NCBI GenBank assembly: GCA_013265495.1
Contig: MU062841.1
Coordinates: 16,822,337-16,886,336, forward strand
DNA: 64,000 nt
Origin: Vicugna vicugna
Taxonomy: Eukaryota
Direction: 5' to 3'
Shown here: positions 36,074 to 48,700 of the stretch, piece after piece
Layout: the number at the start of each line of letters is the position of its first letter
Numbering within the stretch: position 1 is the stretch's first letter
Made by a program: the position numbers and the translations under genes
Notes under the pieces: model-generated
Databases searched by the model: none
What the model was told of the DNA's origin: nothing
Seen by the model: the letters and a program-made list of their open reading frames with translations, nothing else

Positions 36074-38769
36074 CACCTCAGCCCATCAACCACGCAGCAG
36101 AGCTCCGTCCCCGTGGCCGTCCCAGAGGGTCTCTGGGTTTCCCACCCCTGCATCCCCGGCACCCGAGCAGCACAGGGCTGGGCATGTTGTGGATACTAGA
36201 AAAATGGGTAAATGAATGAACCATCATAATAAGCTATTTTACTTCCCGTTGCACAAATGAGAAACCACAGCCCTCAGGGAAGGTCAAGGATCTGGCCCGA
36301 GGTCTCCGCGTTAGAAGGTGCCAGGGTTAGCCTTTGTCTCGATCCACAGGACAGTGTTTTCCCCTATAAACTTGAGCAACGGTCAGGCGGAATCTTGCCA
36401 GGAATCTGCTGAAGTGGGGCCAAGGGTTGATCTTTTGGAAGAAGGGGCTGGAGAGGCGGGAACGCGTAGGAAGAAACCAAGACTCACCCGCAGGGGGAAG
36501 ACCCTGTGCCTGTTGCTGGGAAAGCCGATGCCCGGGGACGACAGGGCCTGACTCACACTGCAGTGCTGGCTTCCATCCGGGCCTGCTCGCCTCTTCACTG
36601 GAGGTGAGCACTGGAGCTCACTCACCTGGAAGCGAAGGCGGGCCCTTCAGGGAGTACAGAAAGGGGAGAGAAAGTGCGCCAAGCATGTGTACCAGAGCAG
36701 GTGCAAAACGAGTTAGGCTCCGGGCTCCGTGGTGGGAGTCCCTGCAGGCCTCACGGGGAGCCTGGCGGTGGGGCTGTGGTGGACATGCCAGCGCAGGAAG
36801 GGCCTGGGCCCGACGACCACGAAGCCTCTCCCAGCTCCGGGGGGCTCGCCCTGACCACACGGCTTGAGCCAGCCCGGCGGTCTCCCCTTCCAGCTCACTG
36901 AGAGGCTTCAGGGCTCAGGACCGGTTCTCTTGGACCCGACGGACCCGGCCCGGACGGCCACGGACGGTGGGAGACCGTCTGGGCTGGCTGATGGGCCCCG
37001 TCGTTGTCTTTCCCAAGCAAACCCCATCTACCTAGTGTGGTCCGCAATGTATGCTCTCCGCTTCTTTTGGGTGGAGTCGGCATGAGAGCCTGAGCGCTCA
37101 GATCCAATTTTGCCGGCCTGCTTCTCTCGCCCTTACAGTTGTGTCCCTGACACTTGACTCGCCAGGAAGCCGTCTGGCCACCCCGGTGTTGATCTCCCTC
37201 AAGCACCCAGCCTGGCTGGTGAAGAAACAAGCGGTCTCTCGCTCGTTCCCTTGTGTTGCGAAGTAACAATCGCGCTGTTTAATTAGTCACAGGAACAGGG
37301 TGCGAACAAGAAGGAGTAGCGCTTGACAAGCACACAGAACTCAAGCGATGGGAGCAGATGTGCCCGGGAGACGGACGCGCCTGCTGGCCTCCGGCTGTGG
37401 TGCATCCCGGACGCCGCGCTCGCCGCGGGGCCCGGGGCCTCCCTCAGTCTGGCGAGGTGGTCGGCCGGAGGCTGCGTAAGAGGGTCCTGCTGTCTAAGCA
37501 GGTGCCGCGGCCCCTCGCCGTGCGCAGGGCACCGTCCCGGGGAAGCCGCAGACTCTCTGAGGCCGGCAGAGCGAACTTTCATCCAAGCAACGGGGGGCGG
37601 GTCACGGATGACAGCGACTTTCTCGAGGACCAAGGCACAGTGATTGTCTCCTTTGCGTCTGTGCTGCCGGGGCCCAGCGCAGAGTGGGCACGGGAGAGAA
37701 AGTCCATTGTTTATGGGACAGAAGGGAGAGATGGACAGTGAGGCCCGAGTCCCCGCAGCTCCCGCATGAGCACGTGTGGCGCGCACACCCGGGCCCGGCT
37801 CTGGGCCTGGAGACGGAGCTGCCTCGCCTGCGCAGGCCGTGTGCTTCCTGCCTCCTGCGCCCCCCCGCCTGTCCCCTGAGCCCTCTGTCTCCTCTGGTGT
37901 TCCTGTGGAGCTCTTCCGCAAAGTGGCCCAGGAAGAGCCTGCTGGGAGCTCGGGGATGCTGCCCGGCTCGCGTGCTGAGGGGTCCCCATTCCTCTCACCT
38001 TCACCCCTTGGCTTCCACCTCACCTCTTACGTCCATCTCCAAGTCTTTCCGCACTTATGCAAAACATCCTGGCCGGGCTCCCCTCCAGCTCTAGGGGAAA
38101 CCCTAAACCTCACAGTGAAACTAAGGGGCCCGTTTGCCCCGAGAAACTAGACACAAACAAGCCTGGGGTGACCGCTGGGCCAGAGCTGTTTCTCCAGATG
38201 AGTCACAGGGCCCCACTCGCCACGGTCTCTCCCCGGCTCCCCCTCCAGCCCCAGCTCGTCCGGAGGGCTGGCCTGGGTACAAGCTCGGCCGATGAGCCGG
38301 GGGTGAGGAGGGGAGGCTGGGGAGGGACGTGGCCGAGGAAACCGCAGTGACCTTCCACCTGGGTGGGGCTTCTCTTTTCTTCTTTTAACCTCCAGCTAAA
38401 CTGCTCGAAACTGCTTGTCAGCACCTCGGCTTCCTTCCTGCCCGCACCGCTGAGAGAGGGTGCACAGGAGGGGATGGTGGCCCAGCCCCACCTTCACTCC
38501 CTCGGGCAGGCAGCAGTGCGGCTTATTTCTCAGCAAACGTCTACTGAAGTCTGTTTTCTGATGGGAACGTGATAGCCCCGGAGCTGATGGTTAGCGAGGC
38601 CAGACGGCACACTCTCCCTGCCGGCGGGGCCTCTGCCTGCTCACGGCCATCTGCTCATGGCCCGGAGCGGCGCGTGGCGTCTAGAGGCACTCAGTCAGGA
38701 TGTGTTGAGTGAATGCGTGACACAAAGAGGTGCAGCTGGCACCCCGAGTGCAAGGCTTCCACGTGCCCT

Positions 38770-39060
38770 GGGCCATGGACTGCGTCATGGGTCACCTTCG
38801 GGTCCAGGGAGGGCTCCTTTGCACAGATGATGACCCAGCTGAGGGTCCAGGGAGTGAGGAGAGAGCAGCTAAAGGCAGGGACAGGTGGTGCCGGGAAGAG
38901 TGTTCAGGCAGAGGGAACAGCATGGCTGAAGGTCCTGAAGCAGGAGGCAGCAGAGTCCCTGGGGGCTGGCGGGGGTGGGTCAGAGTGACCCTGGAGAGGG
39001 CAGCAGGTGGTGCCTGGCGCCGGGGAGAGGACACCAGCGGCCTCCACAGAGCGACGAGCA
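38770..39060 (-). mobile_element. L2 LINE fragment
   Basis: gggaagagtgttcaggcagagggaacagcatggctgaaggtcctga is a hallmark antisense L2 motif. Confidence 0.75.
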
Positions 39061-39774
39061 GCCGCTGAATCGAGTTCACCGGGAGCCGGCGTGGTCAGAC
39101 GCGCGTTGGCAACATGAGTTGTGATGCGTCTGAAACAACGCACCTGGAAGTGTCTGGGGACACAGGGCTACGCGGGGCTGGAGCGCTCAGCTCAGCTGCG
39201 GCTGGAGTTTGAACCGCCGTGTTTCCACCCGACGGCAGGTTTGCGCTCAGTCACTGCGTGATGTGTTTCACTTAACAAGCACCGATGTTGCGATGTTGCG
39301 TTACTCCTCACCAGACACCGTCCTGAGGGCTTCGCAAACGTTCACTCACTTAACCCTCACACCGACCTCGGGACACTGTGCTGTAATGATCAGGTTTAAA
39401 AGGTGAGGCAGCGGGGGTGGGGCATTCAGACTGGGACCACACGTGGCAGTAGCAGAGTCGTCCTCGGTTTCTGTGGGGCACCCAGGGCTCTGGAAGCCTC
39501 CCTTGCCCAAGCGCAGGGGCTGGGCGGAGCGGGGGGCTGGCTCAGGAGCTGCCGCGGGGCTGACTCGGGAGGCCAGGCGGGGCTTGAACGAGAGCCAGTC
39601 AGCTGTCGGGGGTGCACAGCGCCAGTCGGGGTACGGTGGCAGGAAGAGACCACCGTAGCCGTCCTGACAGCTCTCCACATCTGAGGAATCCCTGCTCTTT
39701 CTCCACCTTCGCATCACCTGCTTCATGGATCCCACACCTGCCTCTTTCTCGGTGGACCCCTTCATCTTAGCAGA

Positions 39775-40600
39775 AGCCCCCCTCCAGTAGCATCCTGAGA
39801 CGGGGAGCATGGAAGGCAAATTTGGGAGGAATCTGCATTTGGAAAATGTCTCTGAAGCCTCTGCTGCGGTGTTATTTGGCTGGGTCACAACTACACCGCA
39901 AATTGCTTTTCCTCAGAACTTTGAAGACTTTTCTTCTGCTTTTCGGCGCTGCTGCTGGGAAGCCCACACGTGATCGATAGTTTGGCTGGGTATAGAGCCC
40001 CAGGGGGCAAGTCAGCTTCCAGGGCCGTTGTTGAGAAATCCAGCGTCATCCCGCACCGGGTCCTTTATATGGCTCTTCTTTTTGTTTTTGCTTTCCATTT
40101 TTGCTTTCTGGAAGTCTTCAGTGTTCCTTTTATCCCTGGTATTCTAAAATTTCACAGTAATTTGCCTCTGTGTGGGTCTTTTTGTCGTTTGCTGTGTCGA
40201 GCACGTGGTGGATTCAGACAAGGAAACGCGTGATTTCAGTTCTGGGGGTTCTATGCGTGTGTTACTTCCTTGAATGTTGCCTCCCCTGCGCTGTCTCCAT
40301 CCCCCCCGCCTCCTGGAGCCCGGACCCTCTGGGTGCGGAGTGCCCTCGATGGACCCTGCAGTCGCCTTCTCTTTCTTCCCTATTTTCGTCTGTTGATGGG
40401 TTTTTGTCTTACCTTCGGAGAGTTCGCCTCATGCATGTTCCAAATGTGGTGTTATTTAAAACTTTTATTTCTGGTCTGTTAATTTTAATTTTCAAGAGCT
40501 CTGTTTAACTCTCAGTGTGATTCTCCACTGTTCCTTCTTGCATTCTGTTTTTGGCTTTTTGGAGGCAATATCTTTTCATCTCTCGGACGGTATTACTTAC
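39775..40600 (-). mobile_element. Ancient L1ME/HAL1-like ORF1 region
   Basis: gaaaatgtct...gatagtttggctgggtatag...ttttcctcagaactttgaag...ggtattctaaaatttcaca...ttttaattttcaagagctct. Confidence 0.75.
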
Positions 40601-41429
40601 TCTGATGATATTTTGAAATCCAAACATATTTAAAATGGGTCCTAAGATCAGATGAAAAGTTCTCCAGGGTTGAGAGGGGCCTGCCAGTGGCTGAAATTCA
40701 CTCCAGGGTGGTCAGGTGGGGAATTAACCACTGAGAACATAAGCCGCGCACCCAGGTTCACACAGGCCACTGGTGCAGCTGAGACTCGCACCAAGGCCGT
40801 CTCACTCCCGCATCGGCGCCCTAAGGCGCTGGCCTCCCAGAGCAGCAGCCGCAGCTGGCATTGAGCAGGGGCTTTCCGCGTGCCAGGCGCTGTTCTAGGC
40901 CCCTAGAAACCTGACATCAATTCAGCCCTCGCAGCAGCCCGTGGGAGCAGGCGCTCTGAGCACCCGTGGTCGGCGAGCAGCCTCGGATGCGGAGAGGAGG
41001 CGCAGCCGGCCCATCTGGGGAAACAAAAGGCCAGGTGACTCCCAAGCCCCAGAGTTACTACGAGGGTGAGATGAGAGAACACACGTAAGAAACATGCACG
41101 TAATAGAGCCTCAGCCAGTGTCGTTTTCAGCAAAAAGCCTCGCCTCAGCTCCCCCACCGCTGGCCTGGGCTTTGGTTTCTTTAAAACCAGAAGCTCCAGT
41201 GAGGGGCTCCCTAAGGTGTCTCCTGGCTGCGAACTTCCAAGCTTCCAAGCGCTAGGCTGCACAGTGAGGAGGCCTAACCCGGAGGAGCCAGATGGGGTGG
41301 GAGTGGGGGCAGTGGGGGGGAGGGAGGCCCCAGGGACGGGGGAGGAGGGTCTGGGGGTGGGAGCGCCTGTGACGTGGTCGGGACCTGGGCCCCGGGCCTC
41401 GCTCCCGTGTTCCCAAAAGGCTGTGAACT

Positions 41430-41720
41430 TCAAATACCAGACGCCAACTGACACATGAAAAGGAACACATGTAACCACTTACGGGCCAATTAATATCGGG
41501 CGGGCAGAAAGCCACAGGGCGGGGAGGCCGCTGAGGCTGAAGCGAGCAAGCTTCCGGCCCTCGGGCTGAAGTGGGTTATTATGTGTCATCAGGAAACTTG
41601 AGAAGGGGGGAAAAGCAACCTCTGATCAAAGCCCCTTTTGTCACCTTCGAGCAGATTAATAGACGACAGATTCTGCACTTAGAACTCTGCTGAAGGTCAA
41701 GGGCGGTGAAGCAGCTCGGT
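41430..41720. promoter_or_regulatory. Enhancer-like block (TCF/LEF, homeobox)
   Basis: ATCAAAG at 41625-41631, CCAATTAAT at about 41486, GATTAAT; repeat-free. Confidence 0.3.
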
Positions 41721-42039
41721 GGGACTTTTTTCCTTCCTGCAGCTTCGAGGCTGCAGAGCTCATCGCTCTGACGGCCTGGCTGCCCGAGACAGCGCTGAGA
41801 AGGCCCGCCTTCCCCAGGGCTTCTGTGGGGGAGAGCAGGGGCTCCTTTTTCAGTACAGACGAGCCAGGCTGTCTCCTGCCCGCGGCCCCTTCTCTGCGCA
41901 GGCTCCTGCTGGGGGTCCCTCTCTCCCTGCAGCCCCAAGCTCATCACGCCACGGCCCCCAGCTCCCCTGTTACAGCCTCGTGGTGACCCTCCATGGACCA
42001 CGGAAGGAAGACACACTTCTAAAGCTGGCTTCAAAGTCC

Positions 42040-42250
42040 TTCAGTGACTTGGCCTGGCCCCCATCACCCCGGTGCATTGATATCAGCCACACCAGACTAC
42101 TTGAAACTCCTCAAATCCGCCTTGCCCTCTGCCTCCACAGGCCGACCTTCTCCGCCACTTTTCATCTTCCCGTCAATTTCCTAGACCTCCATCAAGGCTG
42201 TGCCAGTATCAGCTCCTTTGGGAAGCCTGTTCTGACCCCTCTCCCCGGCC
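42040..42250 (+). mobile_element. L2 LINE fragment
   Basis: cagccacaccagactacttgaaactcctcaaa...ctcctttgggaagcctgttctgacccc. Confidence 0.6.
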
Positions 42251-42499
42251 TGCCCCCCCAGCCCAAGGAGGTACTCTGACCTCTGTGACCCCCAGACCCT
42301 CACACGCACAGCGATTGGCATTTATAATAATTTACCCTTATTCCAGGGCCACAATCTACCCATAGGCCCACACTCCCGCTCGGCTGTTTGCAGAGACTGG
42401 TGTGCTGCCTGGCGTGGAACGGGGCTTCCTGTCACGCAGAGACAGGGGCGCTCTGGTGACGCACCGAGGCGTGAGAGGTTGTGGGGAAGACCCCGATGT

Positions 42500-43025
42500 C
42501 GCCCTAATAGCCCCTCCCCGGCCGAAGCTGTGACTCGCTCCTGACCAGCAGACAGTGGTGAAGGTGATGGGCTGTCACTGTCACGATCTGGTTACGTTGT
42601 GCGGCGAGGGTGAGAGGCTGGCGATCTCACGATGACGTTGCTTTACAGCCAACTCTGCTGGCAGGTGGGAGTGAGCGGCCTCCTCGCCTGCCTGATGAAG
42701 TTAGCAGCCATGCTGAGGAAGCCCAGATGGCAAGCAACTGCGGGTGGGCAGGTGCAGGACGGCCTCCAGCTCCCAGCTAGTGAGGAGCAGGGCCCTTGGT
42801 CTTACAGCCACAACCCGAGTGAGCTTGGAAGTGGGCCCTCCTCCAGCGGGGTCTCCCGACAGGAACAGAACCCAGCCAAGGCCCCGATGGTGGCTTGATG
42901 AGGTCTGGTGCCGAGGACCAGCCAGGCCGTGCCTGGTGTCCTGACCCACGAGAGCTGCGAGATGATGGATGTGTGTCTCACGTTAAGTTGCTGCGTTTGT
43001 GCTGCCTGGCTGCCCAGCAATGAAC
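42500..43025 (+). mobile_element. MaLR LTR (MLT1H/J-like)
   Basis: gaagttagcagccatgct...gtcttacagccacaa...gagtgagcttggaag...cctgacccacgagagctgcgagatgat. Confidence 0.75.
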
Positions 43026-43729
43026 AAGCTGTCAGGAGAGCATTCTTGAAGACGCATCCTTTGGGGTCTGGAAGTCCCGCGCTGTCTTGGGGAAATTCAT
43101 TTTCACTCCAATCAGTTGATGCATTGGCAAGAGATTTTTGGCAGCCAACTCAAAGCAAGACTCCAGAGTGAAAGTGCGGTCAGGCCCGGGGGGAGAGAGA
43201 CTGAGAAAGATGAGACGCCCCAGGCAGACGGGGAGCAGGAAGGCGCCGGGCCTGCCGTCAGGCTCTGCACTCCAGCCTCGCAGATGGCTTGCTGGCAGGC
43301 TTCGGGCAAAGTAGCTCCCGTCTGAGCCTCCATGACCTCACCCACAATCCAAGGGCACGAGCGGTTGCAGCCCCACAGCTCCCCTGGCTCTGGCGCTCGG
43401 AGTGGCCGGTGGTTCGGTTTCTCCCAGGAGCTCCACGGCTTAGAGCGCACCCAGGCTTCCGCGTGTTCAGCCATTCAGTCATTCTAAGGACTGCTACCCG
43501 TGTAAAGCGCATCTTTACCAACGCTGTTCAAAGAGAGAGAGACACAGAAGGACTAGGGGAGGGGGGCAGGAAGCGGTGCCTGCACCCCAGGCGGAAGCTC
43601 ACGTCTGCCTGGAGAGCTTGCCTTTCCCGTGTGGAATATATTCCGTGTGCTCAGGGCGGGGCTCCGCAGGCCCCCTCTTCCGACCTCCGGGACAGTCCCA
43701 TCGCCCAGGTTTGGCCAACCAGACCACCT

Positions 43730-44065
43730 CAAGTCACTGGCCACTGTGGCTGGTTCAGACCTGAGCATGAGTGCCAAGTGGGACGTGTCAGGACTTCTAA
43801 CAGGACTTTGCTGACAGAGCTGGTGGGGAAGAGTCTCTTGCTGCCGGGGCTGCTAAGCTCACAGGATGTCAGTGTGGGGCGGCTGGGGGCTGCCTTGTGG
43901 AGCAAACAGCTCAGATCTGGAAAAGGGGCGCCTGGGAACACTGCGCCCCTGCATCCAGCCGTGTCTGAAGCCACCATCTGCCCTGACTCGACCTGATAAA
44001 TTGTCTTTTTATTTAAAGCAGTTTGGGTTGGGTTTCTGCCACTTGAAACCGAAAGCATCTTAACG
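43730..44065 (+). mobile_element. MaLR LTR (MLT1J/K-like)
   Basis: gctaagct...cccctgcatccagccgtgtctgaagcc...aagcagtttgggttgggtttctgccacttgaaaccgaaag. Confidence 0.8.
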
Positions 44066-45585
44066 GATGTCGATAGTTATTCCAACTGAGCATATAATTT
44101 AGCTCTGGGTCTTTTGGAAGCCAAAGCAAACAGGGGGCCACGTTCCATCACAGAGTCTCCTCCTCTGATGTCATGACCCAACGTGCCAAGAAAGAGCCTT
44201 TGCTCGGGCGCTCGGGCCCCTCTCTCAGGGCCGCTCCCATTGGCGGCCCAGATCGCATCTTCCACAGCTGTTTCAGAAATGACGCAGAAACATCCCTCAT
44301 GTGGCTGGCTGCCTTGGGGCTGAATCTCGACCAGAGCTCAGCCGCAAAACCCAGCAGCAGTCAGTGCTCACAAAGACCTCCTAGGCTGTCACCCAGAGAG
44401 GCGCGGGGTCTGGCCACTCGCTGCCCCAGCCCCTCTTCCCAGAGCACCCCCAGGAGCATCTCCTCCGACTGCCGTCCTGAGGTTTGACTGCAATCCGTCA
44501 GTTCCTTGGTTGGAAGGTTGGTGTTTCCTTGCAAGGGACCACGAAGCCATATTACACTCGAAGTTAAATAAACAAATGTCTGAATCTGTGTTTTGTTGGT
44601 CCCATACCATCCACCATCTGGTCTGGGGGAGCAAGGAAACCTGTGGCTTTGTTGGTTTGGGGGGTGTGTGTTGTTGTTGGGTGTTCGGTCTTTTTTCCCC
44701 TTTTCCCTGTGCAAATTCTCTGAGGTTGAGCGCTGGCAGCAGTGCGGGCTGGTTAAAAGCCACCTCGTTTCCCACGCCTTAACTCACAGCTGAATGTTGG
44801 AGGCTGGTCTGGGCCCCCATCTGCTAAGCAGCCTGTTGTGTGAAAGGAGAGCTGTGCATGTGCAAAGCCGGGCTTCCAAGATGTAAAGCACTGCTGTGAG
44901 CAAACCACAAGAGGGGCTTCCTGGGTATTGACAGCCTGCACCCAGACCGAAGGCCGGAGCGGGGTGTGTGGAAAGGGAGCAGGGGAGGCCTGGGGTCTGG
45001 GCACCCCGGGGCCGGCTGGAGCAGCGGCCCCACCTCCGAGGCCCGGGATGCTGGCGACCTTGAGCCTGTAATGACTTGAAGGAGAAAATATGTCCCAGAC
45101 ACTGAGTGGGAAGGACGCCCCGGCCTGCCTGGAATCTTTAATCTGGAAAGTGCAGTGGCTGGGGGTGGGGGCACACATTCCACGGTGGGGGTGGGGGAGG
45201 GCCCACGTCTCCGCCTCTCCTGTTGGCCCAGCTGACACCTCTCCACCTCTCCTGTTGGCCCAGCTGCTTTTGGTCAACGGAGCCTGGAGCTGCTTAGAAG
45301 GGGGCGGAGGGGGGTTGGCTGGGGAGCACTCTGAGTTTCAATTTTCACGACTTTTAAACCAGGACTTCAGCTTCCCCATATGTAAAATGCAGGCTTGTGG
45401 CTGGGTCACAAACACCCAGGCCACAGGCCAAGCAGGTGACGAGAGTGAGCAAGGCTGGCTGCGGTCGGGGGAACAGGGCAAGTCGGCTGAGGGGCACGGA
45501 GGCTCAACCGACAGTGGCGGGGGACCTGCAGGAGCCCAGCCCGGGGGCCAGACCTCCCTCCTCAGGAAAGGCCAGTTTTGTGTTC

Positions 45586-45710
45586 TTTTTTTTTTAATTT
45601 TTGTGGGGAGGTAATCAGGCTTTTATTTTTTACCAGCAACATTGAGGCCTGAACCCAAGACCTCGTGCACGCTAAGCACGTCCTCCACCACTGAGCTGTA
45701 TCCTTCCCCC
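45586..45710 (-). mobile_element. Camelid tRNA-derived SINE (Vic-1 family)
   Basis: ggggaggtaatcaggc...tgaacccaagacctcgtgcacgctaagcacgtcctccaccactgagctgtatccttccccc, with a T-tract on the left. Confidence 0.9.
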
Positions 45711-48700
45711 AGGTTTTTTATGTGAAAACACCCAGTGTTTCAATGCTGACAGCTATTGCAATTATTGAGAAAAAAATTTGAGCCCACAGAAGGCCCCCAG
45801 ATCTCCAGTTGGTGACGCCTGTGGAAGAACTCCAGGAGAGAGCCATTGGGAAAAGCCAGGGGTGAGGACCGGCCCCTCCCGTGATGAGGGACAGGAAGGC
45901 CAGTCCAGGCACGGGGTCCGGCTCTCACCTGCATTGGCCTCAGGCAACATGGAGGAGCTCCGGCTCCTCCAGGCTTGGTCGCGGGGCGCGGGGAAGGGCC
46001 CTCCCTAAGGTGCCCTCCCTCGCTCCCTCCTCCCACCCTCAGTCCCCGGCGGGTGATTCCAGGGGTGCCCCAGCCGTACAGTGGCACAGTGAGTGTCCCA
46101 GGCGCTCGGACTCTGAGCTCCCCTGCTCTGTCTGCTGTGCACTGCGCTGTCGGGAAAGAAGCAACCCCTGCCGTGTGCACACATGACGTCCCTGCTGTGC
46201 ACACCCTCTGGGTCCCGCAGGCTGGCCCCCTCCCAGCCACCCCCAGACAGTATCACGAGTTAGCAGTGAGCAACCTGCACAAGGTGAGACCCAGCCACTT
46301 AACCCCTTGTGAGGACGTCACCTCCCCCGGCACAACGCGGAGCCGGCCTTCTGTCTCCGAAGCCAAGGAGCTTCTGGTCTGTTTTTTCCGGTTTTTGTTA
46401 CTGTTTTCTAAGTGAGGTGTGACAAGGTCCTAGGTTCAGTTGACATCCTCAATAAAGAAACACAATTCAGATTTTTTTCGGTGACAAAATCTGCATGTTT
46501 GTATTTCAAATAATGTAGACAAAACAAGGCAAATGCCTCCTTTTTTTCTTTCTTGGCTGAATGAGTATCATTCAGTAAGAAATCTTTATACTGTGTGTTC
46601 CGTGTGTTAAGAATACATGTATGTTAACTCCTGATAAATGTTAACACACACACACAGAGCAGGCAGGGGCCTGGCCTCCCGCTGGCCGCCATCTTGCTGC
46701 GCGGTCTCGGTGAGTCACTGACTCCTCTGAGCCTCACTGGCCCCAACTGCCAACTGGATGGGGGTCAGCAGGCCCCTCCTTCTCCCTGCAGAGCGAGCAC
46801 GTGGGGTGGGGAGCGGGCGGAGGGGAGGCAAGCATGTTAAGAACTCCATCACCAAAACACCACAGCAAGCAGACTCAAGGGCACGTGGGCAGAAAAGGCA
46901 GACAGACCTGAAGTCCACTTCTGGAAGCAAGAAGAGCCTGTGAGATCAGGGGCCAGGGGTAGGGCCCACCGTCTCTGGGTCCCAGGAGCCTGGCGTGACA
47001 CCTGCCCAGGCTGTACCCAGTCACTGTGGAAGTGACTCAGGTGAGGGTCTGCTGGAATGGCTCGACTGGGTTCTTCACAGCCCTTCCGCGCCCTCGAGCC
47101 CGGGACCAGCCTTCGAGGGAGGGTGAGGTAGACACTGTCCTTCTCCAGACAGAACCGGGAGCTGAGGCCCGGCCAGGTGAGAAGGCGGGGCAGCAGTGAG
47201 TTGGTGGGGAACCAAGCCTAGCTCCCAGGTCCCCTGCCTCCAGAACAATGCTCCTTTCTGAGCAGTGGCTCCCGGGGCCTCTCAACGCTTTCCTGGGGCA
47301 AATGGCCTGGAGGTGAAAAGTGTTCCCTGAAAGACCTAGGGAGCGCTTTAAAGAGTAACTAACTAGCCGATTTGGTGTTAAATCAGACCCGGACTTACAC
47401 CAGATTCCAACACAGAGGCAGGACCAGGCATCGAAGTTTTAAGAAAATCTGTGGGAGACAAAATTAAAGTGCAGGGAATTCGACTGCTCACGGAATTTCG
47501 TCCTATTCTCTGCCTTGCAGCATTGTGTGATTTTTCCAAGGGTAACAGCCTCGCCCAGCTCTTACAAGAGGTGCACCCCATCGGCACTCGCTGTGACCCG
47601 CCCGGGTCCCGGGACTTCCTGGCGGGCGGGCGGGCTGGGCCCCTCAGGCGGACTCGAGCCCTGGGGCCGGGGAGAGGCGAGCGCTGACACGCGCTCGCAG
47701 GCAGCACACGCACCGAAGAGAGGAACCCGCAGTCGGTCTGGGCTGGCCCCAAGCTGAGGAAGAAACTTCGAAGAGTGACTGCCCGTGTCAGTAAATCAAG
47801 ACGTGGGATGCAAGCCACTTCCTCCGCCAGCGCTGTGTGAGGAACAGCAGGTGCCTGCAGCCCTGGGAGGGAGCAGCCCCCATCGCCCTTTTGCGGATGT
47901 AAAACCCACTCAGACGCCAAGGGGCTTATCCAAGGGTCCAGCTAGTGAGAAGCAGGGCTGGAGAGGCACCCAGGTCTACCGCCCCACCACCGCCGTGGAC
48001 CCCACCCTCCAAGGACCCTGGACGCTGAGGTCTGCAGACCCTGGCCCTCGGGGGGTCCAGGCTGCCGGCCGCTTCCCGCGCTTCCATCTGCCCCGTCAAC
48101 TCCAGCCGAGCGTCTGGGATGGGCCCCACACACTTCCGGGGCTCCTTTCCCCAGAAGGAGGTTCTGCACTGTCCTCTGAGAGCCGTGGCCTTCATCTAGA
48201 CACCCTCTCGGGGGCTCAAACTTAATCACAGGGCCCAGACCACGTTTCAGAAAACACCCCACAGGATCTTCGACCACCAGCAATGAGACCTCCTCAGGCA
48301 GAAGGCTCTTCCCTCGTGGAAGCCCCGTCCCCCGCTCCCCGCTCTCCCAGGTGGGAAGGCAGCAGCCTTAGCCCCCGGGGCCGCCGCACTGAAGTCACTG
48401 AGCCCTCTTCAATCTGATCCCCTGCGGGGGTCATTTAGCCTCTATCGGCCAGCTCCTGCCACAGGGAGCTCACTGCCTCCCAGGTAAGCCCTCACGATTC
48501 AGACCACACTAGGCACTGGGCGTGCTTCCTCCCGCGAGCGGCGTCTGCCTCCCTGCTCGTGAGGACCCACGGTTCTCATCTACTGAGACTCACAGGGGAA
48601 GGCAAACAGCTCCTCAAAATCGCAGCCACAACTTGCAGCAAAGGCAGCAATTTCTAACCTCGGTGGGACCCCAATCTCTGCGTGCTGGGGCAGTCACTTC

